Origin: a bacterium
Lineage (GTDB): Bacteria > UBA8248
Direction: 5' to 3'
Assembly (NCBI GenBank): GCA_022825065.1
Contig: JAJDYR010000037.1
Coordinates: 7,805-71,804, forward strand
Length of the DNA stretch: 64,000 nt
The position numbers and the translations under genes are program-made. Under the pieces are notes generated by a model. It did no database searches. It was not told the origin of the DNA and saw only the letters and a list, made by a program, of their open reading frames with translations. Of the stretch, positions 1-9,023 are shown piece after piece. Each line of letters starts with the position of its first letter. The first letter of the stretch is position 1.

Positions 1-1
1 A

Positions 2-2722
2 TCCACGGAGATCAAAGATGATTTGCTGGATTTGCCCAACATTTCAAAGGTGGTTCTGAGCGGCTTGAGAGATTGGGAAATTTCAATCGAAGTCTCTGAG
101 GAGATGTTGCGCCGCTATGGTCTGACGTTTGATCGGGTGGCGAATATCATTCGCAAGAATGTGCTGGAACTCTCAGGCGGGGATATCCGTTCTGTGGAGC
201 GGAGAATCAGAATCAGGACGTTGGGAAAGCGCTACACTGGCCCGGAGTTCGAGCGGCTTGAAATACTTACCCAAAAAGACGGGGCCATTCTAAGACTTGG
301 CGATATTGCACGTGTGGTCGACGCTTTTGAGGATAGCGATACATCGGGCCGATTCAACGGGAAGCCGGCTGCGCTCATCATGGTGTATCGAACCGATGAG
401 GAAGATGCGCTTTCGATTTCTAAAACGGTAGTTGAATATGTCAAGAGAAAGCGAAAAGAACTGCCCGAAGGATTGGATCTGGCCCATTGGGCGGATACCT
501 CGCGTTTGATACAGGACCGGCTCGATCTTTTGTTGAGAAACGGTCGCGTCGGACTCGTTTTGGTTTTCCTCTCCATGTGGCTGTTTTTGAACATTCGCCT
601 TTCGTTTTGGGTGGCTATGGGAATTCCCGTCTCCCTGTTGACGGCTTTGGGTTTTTTGAACTTTTCCGGCAGCACGCTCAACATGCTCTCGATGTTCGCC
701 TTCATCATGGTTTTAGGGATACTGGTGGACGACGCCATCGTAGTGGCTGAAAATATCTATTCGCATATGGAAAGAGGAAAGAATCGCGTTCAGGCGGCAA
801 TTGACGGCTGTTATGAAGTCGCCCTGCCGGTTATCGCCACTGTCATGACATCCATTGTGGCTTTCGCTCCCTTGCTGATGGTGGCAGGAACGGTAGGAAA
901 ATTCATGGCGGTGCTTCCGGCGGCCATCATCGCCGCGTTAATCGCTTCTCTCATCGAATCGTTATTCATTCTGCCGGCTCATCTGGGACATTGGGTGCGG
1001 CCTCCCAGGGCGGGTGGACTCTCATCTCGTATGAGAAACACCATCGATAGAGGCATAAACTGGCTCATCCATCGGTTTTATGCGCCAATTCTGGAATTTT
1101 GCCTCAACGCCAGGTATCTGGTCATCGCCCTGGCTTTGGTGGTTTTTATGGTGACGGTAGGTTTGGCGGTTGGCGGGCATGTGAGGTTTTTATTTTTCCC
1201 AAAAATCGATTCCGATTGGGTGCATGTGAAAATTCTGTTTCCGCTGGGAACCCCGATTCGGCAAACGAAAAACGCGGCGCAAAAGATTGAGCAGGCAGCC
1301 GTTGCTCTTGACGAGGTTGTTCGCTCGAAAACGGGTGAACCGGTCGTCAAGCATGTATTTACAATACTGGGTGAGAATATCGACCCGGGCGGCGGGCGCA
1401 TCGTGGGAGGGAGCCATATGGCGCAGGTGATCCTCGAGATGCTGCCCTCGGAAGCCAGGGGAATCAGTTCTGAGGAAATCATCAACCGCTGGCGTTTGAA
1501 TACAGGAGAAATTCCCGATGTAACGAGCCTTACTTTCAGTACAGGAGGAGCCGGTCCGCCCGGTGGCAAACCTATAGATGTGCAGTTTTATGGTGATGAC
1601 ATCGGGACTTTGAGAAGAGTAGCTCAGGAGTTCAAGCGAGAGTTAACCAAATATCCCGGCCTATATGATGTTCAAGATGATTTCCGGCCCGGGAAGCTTG
1701 AGTTCCGAACATCATTGAAGCCGCAGGCCCGCGTTCTGGGTGTGAATCTGGATGACCTGGGGCGTCAGTTACGCGCGCGCTTTTTCGGGCTGCAAGTCCT
1801 GCGTCTGCAACGTGGCCGTGATGACGTGAAGGTCAAGCTTCGCTATCCATCCGAGGAAAGGCGTTCTCTGGAAGATATCAGGAAAATGAGGGTCAGGACG
1901 TCCTCAGGGGCGGAAATTCCTTTCCATGAGGTGGCGGAAGTCGAGATGATTCAAGGTCTTGATGCAATAAGACGAGTAGCCAGAGCCAGGGCTATTAACG
2001 TAACGGCCGAAATCGACCAGGATCGCGCCAATCCCACCGAGGTTCTGAACGCCTTGAATGCGAATTTCTTCCCCAAGCTCCTGAACCGCTATAACGGGGT
2101 AGGTATCAGATTCGAGGGTCAGGCCAAAGAGACGAGTGAATCATTCGCCAGCCTGTTTCGCGCTTTTGCGCTTGCAATGGCCGTTATTTTTGCGATTTTG
2201 GCCACTTTGTTCAGAAGCTATTTCCAACCCTTTATTGTCATGAGCGCCATTCCGTTTGGGATCGTTGGCGCAATATGGGGGCATATTGTCATGGGCTTCG
2301 ATATCTCCATCTTGAGTATGATGGGGATTTTGGCTCTTACCGGTGTTGTGGTGAACGACTCTTTGGTGCTTTTGGATTTCGCAAACCGGAGCATAAAAAA
2401 TGGCTTGTCGATTGAGGAGGCGCTTCAGCAGGCCGGTGTCGCCAGATGGAGAGCCATTGTTCTGACCACATTGACTACTGTCGCGGGATTGGGTCCGATG
2501 CTGTTTGAGAAAAGTTTTCAGGCGCAATTCTTGATTCCCATGGCAATTAGTTTATGTTTTGGACTGCTTTTCGCCACGGTGATAACACTCGTTCTCGTTC
2601 CTGTAATTTCTTTGATAGGCAACGACGTCGGGCGTTTTTGGTGGCGTATCTGGACGGGCAGATGGTTGACGAGAGAAGAAGTAGATGTGCATTCTCCTCA
2701 CAAAGAAGAGATAAGCGTTTAA
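2..2722 (+). CDS. RND-family efflux transporter permease (AcrB/CzcA-like), 5' end outside window
   Basis: The ORF is open to the window edge, so the 5' end is missing. The 899-aa product has typical RND interior motifs and 12-TM organisation (e.g. ...VDDAIVVAENI..., ...ALTGVVVNDSLVLLDF...). Confidence 0.85.
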   Translation, partial: STEIKDDLLDLPNISKVVLSGLRDWEISIEVSEEMLRRYGLTFDRVANIIRKNVLELSGGDIRSVERRIRIRTLGKRYTGPEFERLEILTQKDGAILRLGDIARVVDAFEDSDTSGRFNGKPAALIMVYRTDEEDALSISKTVVEYVKRKRKELPEGLDLAHWADTSRLIQDRLDLLLRNGRVGLVLVFLSMWLFLNIRLSFWVAMGIPVSLLTALGFLNFSGSTLNMLSMFAFIMVLGILVDDAIVVAENIYSHMERGKNRVQAAIDGCYEVALPVIATVMTSIVAFAPLLMVAGTVGKFMAVLPAAIIAALIASLIESLFILPAHLGHWVRPPRAGGLSSRMRNTIDRGINWLIHRFYAPILEFCLNARYLVIALALVVFMVTVGLAVGGHVRFLFFPKIDSDWVHVKILFPLGTPIRQTKNAAQKIEQAAVALDEVVRSKTGEPVVKHVFTILGENIDPGGGRIVGGSHMAQVILEMLPSEARGISSEEIINRWRLNTGEIPDVTSLTFSTGGAGPPGGKPIDVQFYGDDIGTLRRVAQEFKRELTKYPGLYDVQDDFRPGKLEFRTSLKPQARVLGVNLDDLGRQLRARFFGLQVLRLQRGRDDVKVKLRYPSEERRSLEDIRKMRVRTSSGAEIPFHEVAEVEMIQGLDAIRRVARARAINVTAEIDQDRANPTEVLNALNANFFPKLLNRYNGVGIRFEGQAKETSESFASLFRAFALAMAVIFAILATLFRSYFQPFIVMSAIPFGIVGAIWGHIVMGFDISILSMMGILALTGVVVNDSLVLLDFANRSIKNGLSIEEALQQAGVARWRAIVLTTLTTVAGLGPMLFEKSFQAQFLIPMAISLCFGLLFATVITLVLVPVISLIGNDVGRFWWRIWTGRWLTREEVDVHSPHKEEISV

Positions 2723-2847
2723 TTTGGTACTTGGTAGGATTGTCGGCTAAACAGTTTGCGGGAAAGTTTGTAATTTTTTCCAAGTAAGATTGCATTCATT
2801 CCCAATTTATAATTCCGTGAACAGATGAAGAAAGAGGATACGGTTTT

Positions 2848-3948
2848 ATGTCTTCACAATTCGATGTGCGCTACGGCGAAGAAATAGGAGACAAGATGGA
2901 AGCGGTTGTGATGACCGCGCCCGAAAAGCTTGAAATTCAATCCGTTCCTGTTCCGGAGCCGGATATCGGAGAAGTGCTTGTCAAAGTGGAGTGTACTACG
3001 ATTTGTGGTACTGACATCGAAATTATCAAAGGCGGACACCTCCCCAATTGGCCACCCAAACTTCCAGCTATCCTGGGGCACGAGTGGGCCGGCAGGATCG
3101 TGGCAATGGGTCCTATGACAGAGGGATTCGGTCTTGAGATGGGTGATGCCGTGGCGGGTACGAGCCATGCTGGATGCGGAGCCTGTCGCATGTGCCTGAT
3201 CGGACGCTATAACCTTTGCTATAATTATGGGAATACAATCACAGGCCACAGACAGTATGGGCATATTACGCAGGGTTCGTATGCCGAGTATGTGACAAAC
3301 AACATACGCGCGTTGCACAAGATGCCGGAGGAGATGTCTTTTGAGCATGGCTCAGCCGTAGATCCGGCCGGTTGCGGGTTATGGACGGCGAAACGCGCGG
3401 GTATCAACCCCGGTGATACTGTTGTAATTTTAGGTTCTGGACCAATAGGTGTTTTTGCTTATGAGTCAGCCAGGGCGATGGGCGCAGGGCGCGTGATTGT
3501 CGTGGGTGGTGGCCGGAGACTCGAGATATTAGAGGAACAAGGCGCTGAAGTAGTCAGTTACCGGGATGGTGGTGTGCCGGAACGAATAGATGAGATGACA
3601 AAAGGAAGAAAAGCAAACGTGGTGCTGGAGACGGCTGGAACCACGGATAGCTTTAGATGGAGTGTGGATTGTGGTGGCAAAGGCGCGCGTGTCGCCATTA
3701 CCGGCATACCGGAGAACATTCCTGATATGGCATGGAAACGCGTTGTGCTCGAAGAGATGGATATTTTCGGCGTTCGAGCGAATCCCAATTGCGGAGATGA
3801 GGTTTTGGCGCTCATTCATGCCGGTAGAATGAAAGTGGACCCATATATCACCCATCGTTTTCCTCTCAGGGAATACCAAGAAGCACACGATACGTTTGTA
3901 GCTCGAAAAGATGGCGCCTTGCTCGTGAACCTAACTCCTGGAGAATAA
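2848..3948 (+). CDS. Zn-dependent alcohol dehydrogenase, MDR superfamily (threonine/sorbitol dehydrogenase-like)
   Basis: Catalytic Zn ligand motif CGTDIE..GHEWAG is present, with structural Zn cysteines CGAC..C and a Rossmann GxGxxG (ILGSGPIG). Length is 366 aa. Confidence 0.8.
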   Translation: MSSQFDVRYGEEIGDKMEAVVMTAPEKLEIQSVPVPEPDIGEVLVKVECTTICGTDIEIIKGGHLPNWPPKLPAILGHEWAGRIVAMGPMTEGFGLEMGDAVAGTSHAGCGACRMCLIGRYNLCYNYGNTITGHRQYGHITQGSYAEYVTNNIRALHKMPEEMSFEHGSAVDPAGCGLWTAKRAGINPGDTVVILGSGPIGVFAYESARAMGAGRVIVVGGGRRLEILEEQGAEVVSYRDGGVPERIDEMTKGRKANVVLETAGTTDSFRWSVDCGGKGARVAITGIPENIPDMAWKRVVLEEMDIFGVRANPNCGDEVLALIHAGRMKVDPYITHRFPLREYQEAHDTFVARKDGALLVNLTPGE

Positions 3949-3953
3949 CGGAA

Positions 3954-4355
3954 ATGTCTCAAGGCGAGATGAAGTATGGCGCGAGGATGATTGCGGAGGC
4001 GGCACTCGAGGCCGTTCCGAATCCTTCACAGGAGCGAGATTACGTTGTCGATTTCACCATTCCCGAATTCACCTGTCTTTGCCCGATCAGCAATTTTCCC
4101 GACTTCGCCACGATTCGCATCAAATACATTCCTGGAGACAAGATCGTAGAGTTGAAATCCCTGAAGCTCTACATCAATAATTACCGGGATCGGGAAATTT
4201 TTCATGAACAAGTGGTCAGCACCATCCTTGATGACATGGTTGAAGTTTGTGAACCGAAGTGGATGTGGATTGAAGGCGATTTTAATGTGAGGGGAAATAT
4301 CAAAACGAAAATTAGGGCTACTCATGGCGTGAGACCACAAGATGTTACAGAATAG
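3954..4355 (+). CDS. queF: NADPH-dependent 7-cyano-7-deazaguanine reductase (preQ0 reductase)
   Basis: 133-aa protein carrying the QueF motif E-L-K-S-L-K-L-Y and a catalytic Cys in FTCLCPISNFPD, as in the type-I YkvM-like subfamily. Confidence 0.8.
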   Translation: MSQGEMKYGARMIAEAALEAVPNPSQERDYVVDFTIPEFTCLCPISNFPDFATIRIKYIPGDKIVELKSLKLYINNYRDREIFHEQVVSTILDDMVEVCEPKWMWIEGDFNVRGNIKTKIRATHGVRPQDVTE

Positions 4356-4454
4356 GTAAATTGCCGATCGAATTTGTACGTTGCGTGGTTAAAGCTATAA
4401 CAGATTGTCGAATGACAAATAAAATTCAGTGGTTTAAGCCATATTTTCTCTGAG

Positions 4455-6710
4455 GTGGAAATGACAGACTATAAAGTAGCGGGTATGGGCCTCACCCGGA
4501 TCGATGCCCCGGACAAAGTAGCTGGAAGTGCCAAATATGCGGCTGATGTCCCATCGAGCCGTGCACTTATCGGGTTGGTCTTGGGCAGCCCGCATCCGTA
4601 TGCAAAGGTGTTAAGCGTGGATGTTTCTAAGGCGCGTAGGATACCTGGCGTCCGTGCTGTCTTGACTCGCGATGAAGCTCCCCGCATTCGATTCGGCGCC
4701 AACATCAAGGATCAGAGTTGGTTTGCGCAGGATGGTTTCGTTCGCTACGGCGGAGAACCGGTGGCTGCCGTGGCCGCAGAAAACATCGATGCCGCCCAAA
4801 CAGCCATCGAATCGATTCGTGTGGAATATGAAGTTTTAGAACCGATAGTAAGCGGCTTGGATAGCCGGGCCGGCAAAGGTCTCGCTGTTCATGAAGATTG
4901 GAGAGAGTTGGGACTTGGCCCGGATGCGAACAAAAACATCATTGCGCGCTTTGAAAAGGAAATTGGAGATGTTGACGCCGGATACGAAGAGGCGGATCGC
5001 ATTTTTGAGCATACTTTTTCCACGCCGTTCGTACATGCCGGCTATATCGAACCTCACGCATGCACTGCCGAGGCAGGTGCCGACGGAAAAGTCACAATCT
5101 GGACGACCACGCAGGATGCGTGGGCCATTCGTGCGGATGTGGCCGAGGCACTTGGGTTTCCGGCAACACAGGTTCGAGTGATCCCGACTGAAATCGGAGG
5201 AGGTTTTGGCGCCAAGCTGAAGAGCACTTACGAGCACATCGCCGCTCTTTTGGCCTTAAGGACAGACCAGGCTGTTCGTATGGAGATGACTCGCGAGGAA
5301 GATCATATCGGAGTGAATCCGAGACACCCTCATTTCATCACGATACGCACGGCGGTGAAGGATGACGGTACGTTTGTCGCTCGCGAACTTGATGTCACGA
5401 TGGATCATGGAGCCTATGGCCGTGGCGCGCCGTTCCAGTGCAGTAGCAAGATGCTGATGGGTTCATGCTCATATCGTATTCCCAACGTCAGGATTCGCGC
5501 ATGTACGGTATATACCAATGGCCCTGTTTGCGGTCCTGTGCGTGCTCCTAGCGGCCCCCAATATCACTTTGCCACCGAAGTGCAGATGGACATCATCGCG
5601 CGCGAAATGGGGATCGACCCACTCGAAATTAGGCGAATTAACTCCCTCCGGCCCGGAGATGTGACACTGGCCGGGAAGGAGGAGGCACCGTCCATGCGTA
5701 GCGTTCTCGACTCAACGGCCGTGGAGGGGGATTGGGGGGAGAAGATTGAGGCGAACGGAGAACTCGAGGGAGAAGGGTGGAAACTCGGCCGCGGCATAGC
5801 TTGTGGGTATTGGCCAGGGCCGGGGGAGGCGTCTAGTTGTACGGTTCGCCTGAATCAGGACGGTACCGTTCAAGTGATAGCGGGAACGGTGAACCTAACG
5901 GGCATGAGTACTTCCATATGCCAACTCGCTGCAGAAGAATTGGGCGTAAGTTTGGATGAAGTGCGTTACACGAACGGAGATACGGATTCAGTGCCTGAAT
6001 CATCGGCGGCATCAGGTAGTAAGGCGACGCGTGCGGTGGGGATGGCTACCTTGAGTGCTGCGCGCGATTTGCGAAACAAGATTTTGAATGTGGCGAGTAT
6101 AAAGCTCGAAGCCGCTGCGGACGATCTGGTATTGGAAGATGGTCAAGTCAGGGTAGCTTCAGCGCCCGACCGGGCTCTTACACTTGCGCAGGTGGCCAAA
6201 GCGGCGCCTGAAATTCAGGGATTTTTAATAGGACAAGGGGAAAGCGCGAAGCCGCCGCCATGTCCAATACATACCGGACAGATAGCGGATGTGGCTGTCA
6301 ATCCCGAGCTCGGCGAGATCAGGGTTTTGCGTCTCACATGTGTCCAGGATGTGGGATTCGCCATCAATCCATTATCCGTTGTGGGCCAGATTGAGGGCGC
6401 TATGCTCCAGGGTCTCGGATTGGCTCTCATGGAAGAACAACCCCGGCGGCCGGATGGAAATTTGCATGGCGATACCTTCCATGAATATCTGATACCTACC
6501 AGCATGGATATGCCCGAACTGAAAGCCGTTTTGTATGACAATCCGGCCGAGGGCACACCCTATGGGATGAGGGGTGTGGGTGAACCGCCCATTGTGGCGA
6601 CTGCAGCGGCGATCGTGAATGCCATACAAGACGCAGTGGGAGTACCTGTTTTTTCACTGCCAGTCGGCCCACACCACATTCGTGAGGCTTTGGCGACGAG
6701 CAGCGTCTAA
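4455..6710 (+). CDS. Xanthine dehydrogenase/aldehyde oxidase family molybdopterin-binding (large) subunit
   Basis: 751-aa protein with N-terminal a/b-hammerhead and MoCo-binding regions (DKVAGSAKYAADV; GGGFG; ...GEPPIVATAAAIVNAI) typical of CoxL/XdhA-like Mo-hydroxylases. No adjacent FeS or FAD subunit genes. Confidence 0.8.
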   Translation: MEMTDYKVAGMGLTRIDAPDKVAGSAKYAADVPSSRALIGLVLGSPHPYAKVLSVDVSKARRIPGVRAVLTRDEAPRIRFGANIKDQSWFAQDGFVRYGGEPVAAVAAENIDAAQTAIESIRVEYEVLEPIVSGLDSRAGKGLAVHEDWRELGLGPDANKNIIARFEKEIGDVDAGYEEADRIFEHTFSTPFVHAGYIEPHACTAEAGADGKVTIWTTTQDAWAIRADVAEALGFPATQVRVIPTEIGGGFGAKLKSTYEHIAALLALRTDQAVRMEMTREEDHIGVNPRHPHFITIRTAVKDDGTFVARELDVTMDHGAYGRGAPFQCSSKMLMGSCSYRIPNVRIRACTVYTNGPVCGPVRAPSGPQYHFATEVQMDIIAREMGIDPLEIRRINSLRPGDVTLAGKEEAPSMRSVLDSTAVEGDWGEKIEANGELEGEGWKLGRGIACGYWPGPGEASSCTVRLNQDGTVQVIAGTVNLTGMSTSICQLAAEELGVSLDEVRYTNGDTDSVPESSAASGSKATRAVGMATLSAARDLRNKILNVASIKLEAAADDLVLEDGQVRVASAPDRALTLAQVAKAAPEIQGFLIGQGESAKPPPCPIHTGQIADVAVNPELGEIRVLRLTCVQDVGFAINPLSVVGQIEGAMLQGLGLALMEEQPRRPDGNLHGDTFHEYLIPTSMDMPELKAVLYDNPAEGTPYGMRGVGEPPIVATAAAIVNAIQDAVGVPVFSLPVGPHHIREALATSSV

Positions 6711-6742
6711 ATAACGTATCCGTTATTTTTAAGGAGAATCCA

Positions 6743-7408
6743 ATGCCTGTGGACGACAAAACCAGTTTGCCGGATAGTCTTGGCGTGACCGATGAGATGA
6801 TGGCGTGTCCTTTGCCAAGGTTGCCTTTCGTCGATCCTGACGATATCCCTGACGAGCTTAAGGAGGAACTCACCCCGCTCTATGACTGGTCGAAGCGGAT
6901 GTGGGGCACCGTCCCGCGTTTTTTGCAGCTTTTGGGAAATTCACCTCCCACGGTGGAAGGATGGATGTTGCTCGACCAGAAGCTCCGCACGAATCGATTG
7001 AAGACGGAGTCCGATTATATCCGTCTCATGGAGCTGGTTATCGTCAAAACGGCTATATTGACCGAGTGCAACAACTGAATCGGGCACAATGTGGAGCTCG
7101 GTCGGGCTCTGGGTCTTAGCCAGGATCAGATCAATCTACTTGAAGGCGATGATTGGAAAGACAGCGATTTGTTCGACGACAAGGAAAAAGCCGTTATCCG
7201 TTGGGCGGATGAAGTGTCGAAGTTCAGGGCGAAGAAAAACGACTTCGCATTCAGTGAAATGAAGAAGTATTTCTCCGATCGGCAGATCGTGGAACTCACT
7301 TTTATCTGTGGCATGTGGCATCTTTCCGGGAGGCTGGCCGAAGCGCTTCACTTGGTGGTGGAACCGCCGGGAGGACGCATCGAATTTCAAGCGGAAGACA
7401 TGGCCTAG
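6743..7408 (+). CDS. Carboxymuconolactone decarboxylase/AhpD-like family protein with an in-frame TGA at 7076-7078 (candidate selenocysteine; CxxU motif)
   Basis: The predicted ORFs 6743-7078 and 7091-7408 share one frame and are separated only by TGA. The read-through product ...LMELVIVKTAILTE-C-N-N-U-IGH-NVELGRALGL...IVELTFICGMWHL matches the CMD/AhpD core (CxxCxxxH). Confidence 0.5.
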
Positions 7409-7643
7409 ACACAGGACTGTTACCTGAAACATTAATCGGGCGCGGGCGAGCTTTCTGGCGTTTTGTGGATGCTCTGGGTTCGTGCGCGCATACAAATAAT
7501 ATCCCAGACATGGTCATCTGAAACTCATCTTTCCGGCCTCCTTGAAAAGTTAGCTTCGCGGGCACACCCGGTAAAAATGTAAGAATTTGCTTTGAATAGC
7601 ATATTTTATTGGTTGAAAAATAAGGACTTAAGCATAAAAAAAG

Positions 7644-7671
7644 TTGCTTTTTTTAACAATTTCTGTATACT
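7644..7671 (+). promoter_or_regulatory. Candidate sigma70-type promoter (TTGCTT-N16-TATACT) in an AT-rich intergenic region
   Basis: Hexamers TTGCTT (7644-7649) and TATACT (7666-7671) are separated by a 16-nt spacer. A GC hairpin follows (GCCCGCTTTG...CAAAGCCCGGGC, 7675-7711). Confidence 0.25.
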
Positions 7672-7745
7672 TGCCCGCTTTGTGATGTCGCCTGTGGCAA
7701 AGCCCGGGCAAATTCGTATCAAGCCGCCCGTAGGATGAGGATGAA

Positions 7746-7913
7746 ATGATCGAGTTAAGAGATAGTGATGTCGTTTTGGATCACGAGTTTTTTGCAGAAT
7801 CCGGAGATGTGCTGCCAAGCGATGTGGACTATGATGTGTCTGACAAAGGCGTAGCTGATGATTTCTATATTTTAAGTGACGGTGAAGGGGGGAATGCTCC
7901 TGCTGTACAATAG
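7746..7913 (+). CDS. Small acidic hypothetical protein (55 aa, D/E-rich)
   Basis: ATG-initiated ORF MIELRDSDVVLDHEFFAESGDVLPSDVDYDVSDKGVADDFYILSDGEGGNAPAVQ sits downstream of the candidate promoter. It falls below the 60-aa cut-off of the supplied ORF track and has no recognisable family. Confidence 0.2.
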   Translation: MIELRDSDVVLDHEFFAESGDVLPSDVDYDVSDKGVADDFYILSDGEGGNAPAVQ

Positions 7914-7999
7914 TGTTCCTTCCAAAAAAGGATTCAACGCCCGGTTGAAGTATCAGCCGGGCGTTTCTTTTGTCCTGAAATTTTTGCAGGATACGTGTT

Positions 8000-8872
8000 T
8001 TGCTTCATGAATCGGGGAAAAATGTGATGGCTACGGACGAACAGACGATTCACCATGAAGACGTGCGGGGGCGTATCCTCTCAGCGGATTCGATGACTTA
8101 TTTTGACGAAAGGGTTGGGGAAAGGGACGTTCTCGTTAGTGGTTCCTATGCCGCACGAATGACGATTGCCTGGGCAATGCGCTTGGGGGCGAGAGCAATC
8201 ATTGCCCATGCAGCGGGAGTCGGGAAGGATAATGCGGGGATCAGCGGCTTATCTTTGGCTCAGGAATATCATGTACCTGCGTTGGCGTGTGAAACCATGT
8301 CCGCGAGACTCGCCGTGGGAGAATCCGTGTATGAAGGCGAAGTCGGTCATGCGAATCAAGCGGCTGAAAACCTTGGTGTTGAAATCGGTCAATCCATAGC
8401 AGATGCTTCGGGTTGTTTGCTCGATGCCGAAACGGGCCGGAAAGTAATTGTCGAGGAAAGTCTTGATGATAAAATTTATGAGCTGGAGCAATTTCCGAAT
8501 GGTAATATACGCGCTTCCTGGGGAATTCCCGTCCTGCGTTCTATCAAGGAACCAAGGCCCCAAGATGTTTTTATCCAAGCTTCTCATTGCGGACTTACTC
8601 TTGTCCCTCACGTTATGAAGCTTAGCCTGAAGGGTGTAATTGCGAATGACGCGGGCCGGGGGAAAGATGATTCCGGTATCGCATCTTTCCCCTTTCTGGC
8701 GCGAGAGGGTATCGCGGCGGCGGCGGTTGGCGCGATGAGCGCGCGCATTGGTGATGTGATGAGCACATGGGAAGACGGCGTGATTTCATGCATGAATGAA
8801 GTAGCGGAAAAGCGCGGAGTACGAGAAGGCATGAGGACGCGAGAGGCGGCTCACGCCATGCTCAATCGTTAG
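8000..8872 (+). CDS. Hypothetical protein (no family recognised); start may be ATG at 8027
   Basis: 290-aa ORF at native GC with no competing ORF. No motif recognised. Confidence 0.45.
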   Translation: MLHESGKNVMATDEQTIHHEDVRGRILSADSMTYFDERVGERDVLVSGSYAARMTIAWAMRLGARAIIAHAAGVGKDNAGISGLSLAQEYHVPALACETMSARLAVGESVYEGEVGHANQAAENLGVEIGQSIADASGCLLDAETGRKVIVEESLDDKIYELEQFPNGNIRASWGIPVLRSIKEPRPQDVFIQASHCGLTLVPHVMKLSLKGVIANDAGRGKDDSGIASFPFLAREGIAAAAVGAMSARIGDVMSTWEDGVISCMNEVAEKRGVREGMRTREAAHAMLNR

Positions 8873-8894
8873 GGTTTAACTCAAGAAGCTGCGC

Positions 8895-8970
8895 TGGTGG
8901 AGGTGAGGGGATTCGAACCCCTGACCTCGTGGGTGCGATCCACGCGCTCTCCCATCTGAGCTACACCCCC
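8895..8970 (-). tRNA. tRNA-Ala (anticodon CGC), CCA encoded
   Basis: The reverse complement reads GGGGGTGTAGCTCAGATGGGAGAGCGCGTGGATCGCACCCACGAGGTCAGGGGTTCGAATCCCCTCACCTCCACCA. This folds as a cloverleaf with the G3:U70 identity pair, anticodon loop AU-CGC-AC and T-loop GGTTCGAATCC. Confidence 0.85.
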
Positions 8971-9023
8971 ACAAAAGGAATATGAAGGTAGGCGAAGGAG
9001 CCTCGGGTGTCAAGTGAAAAAGG

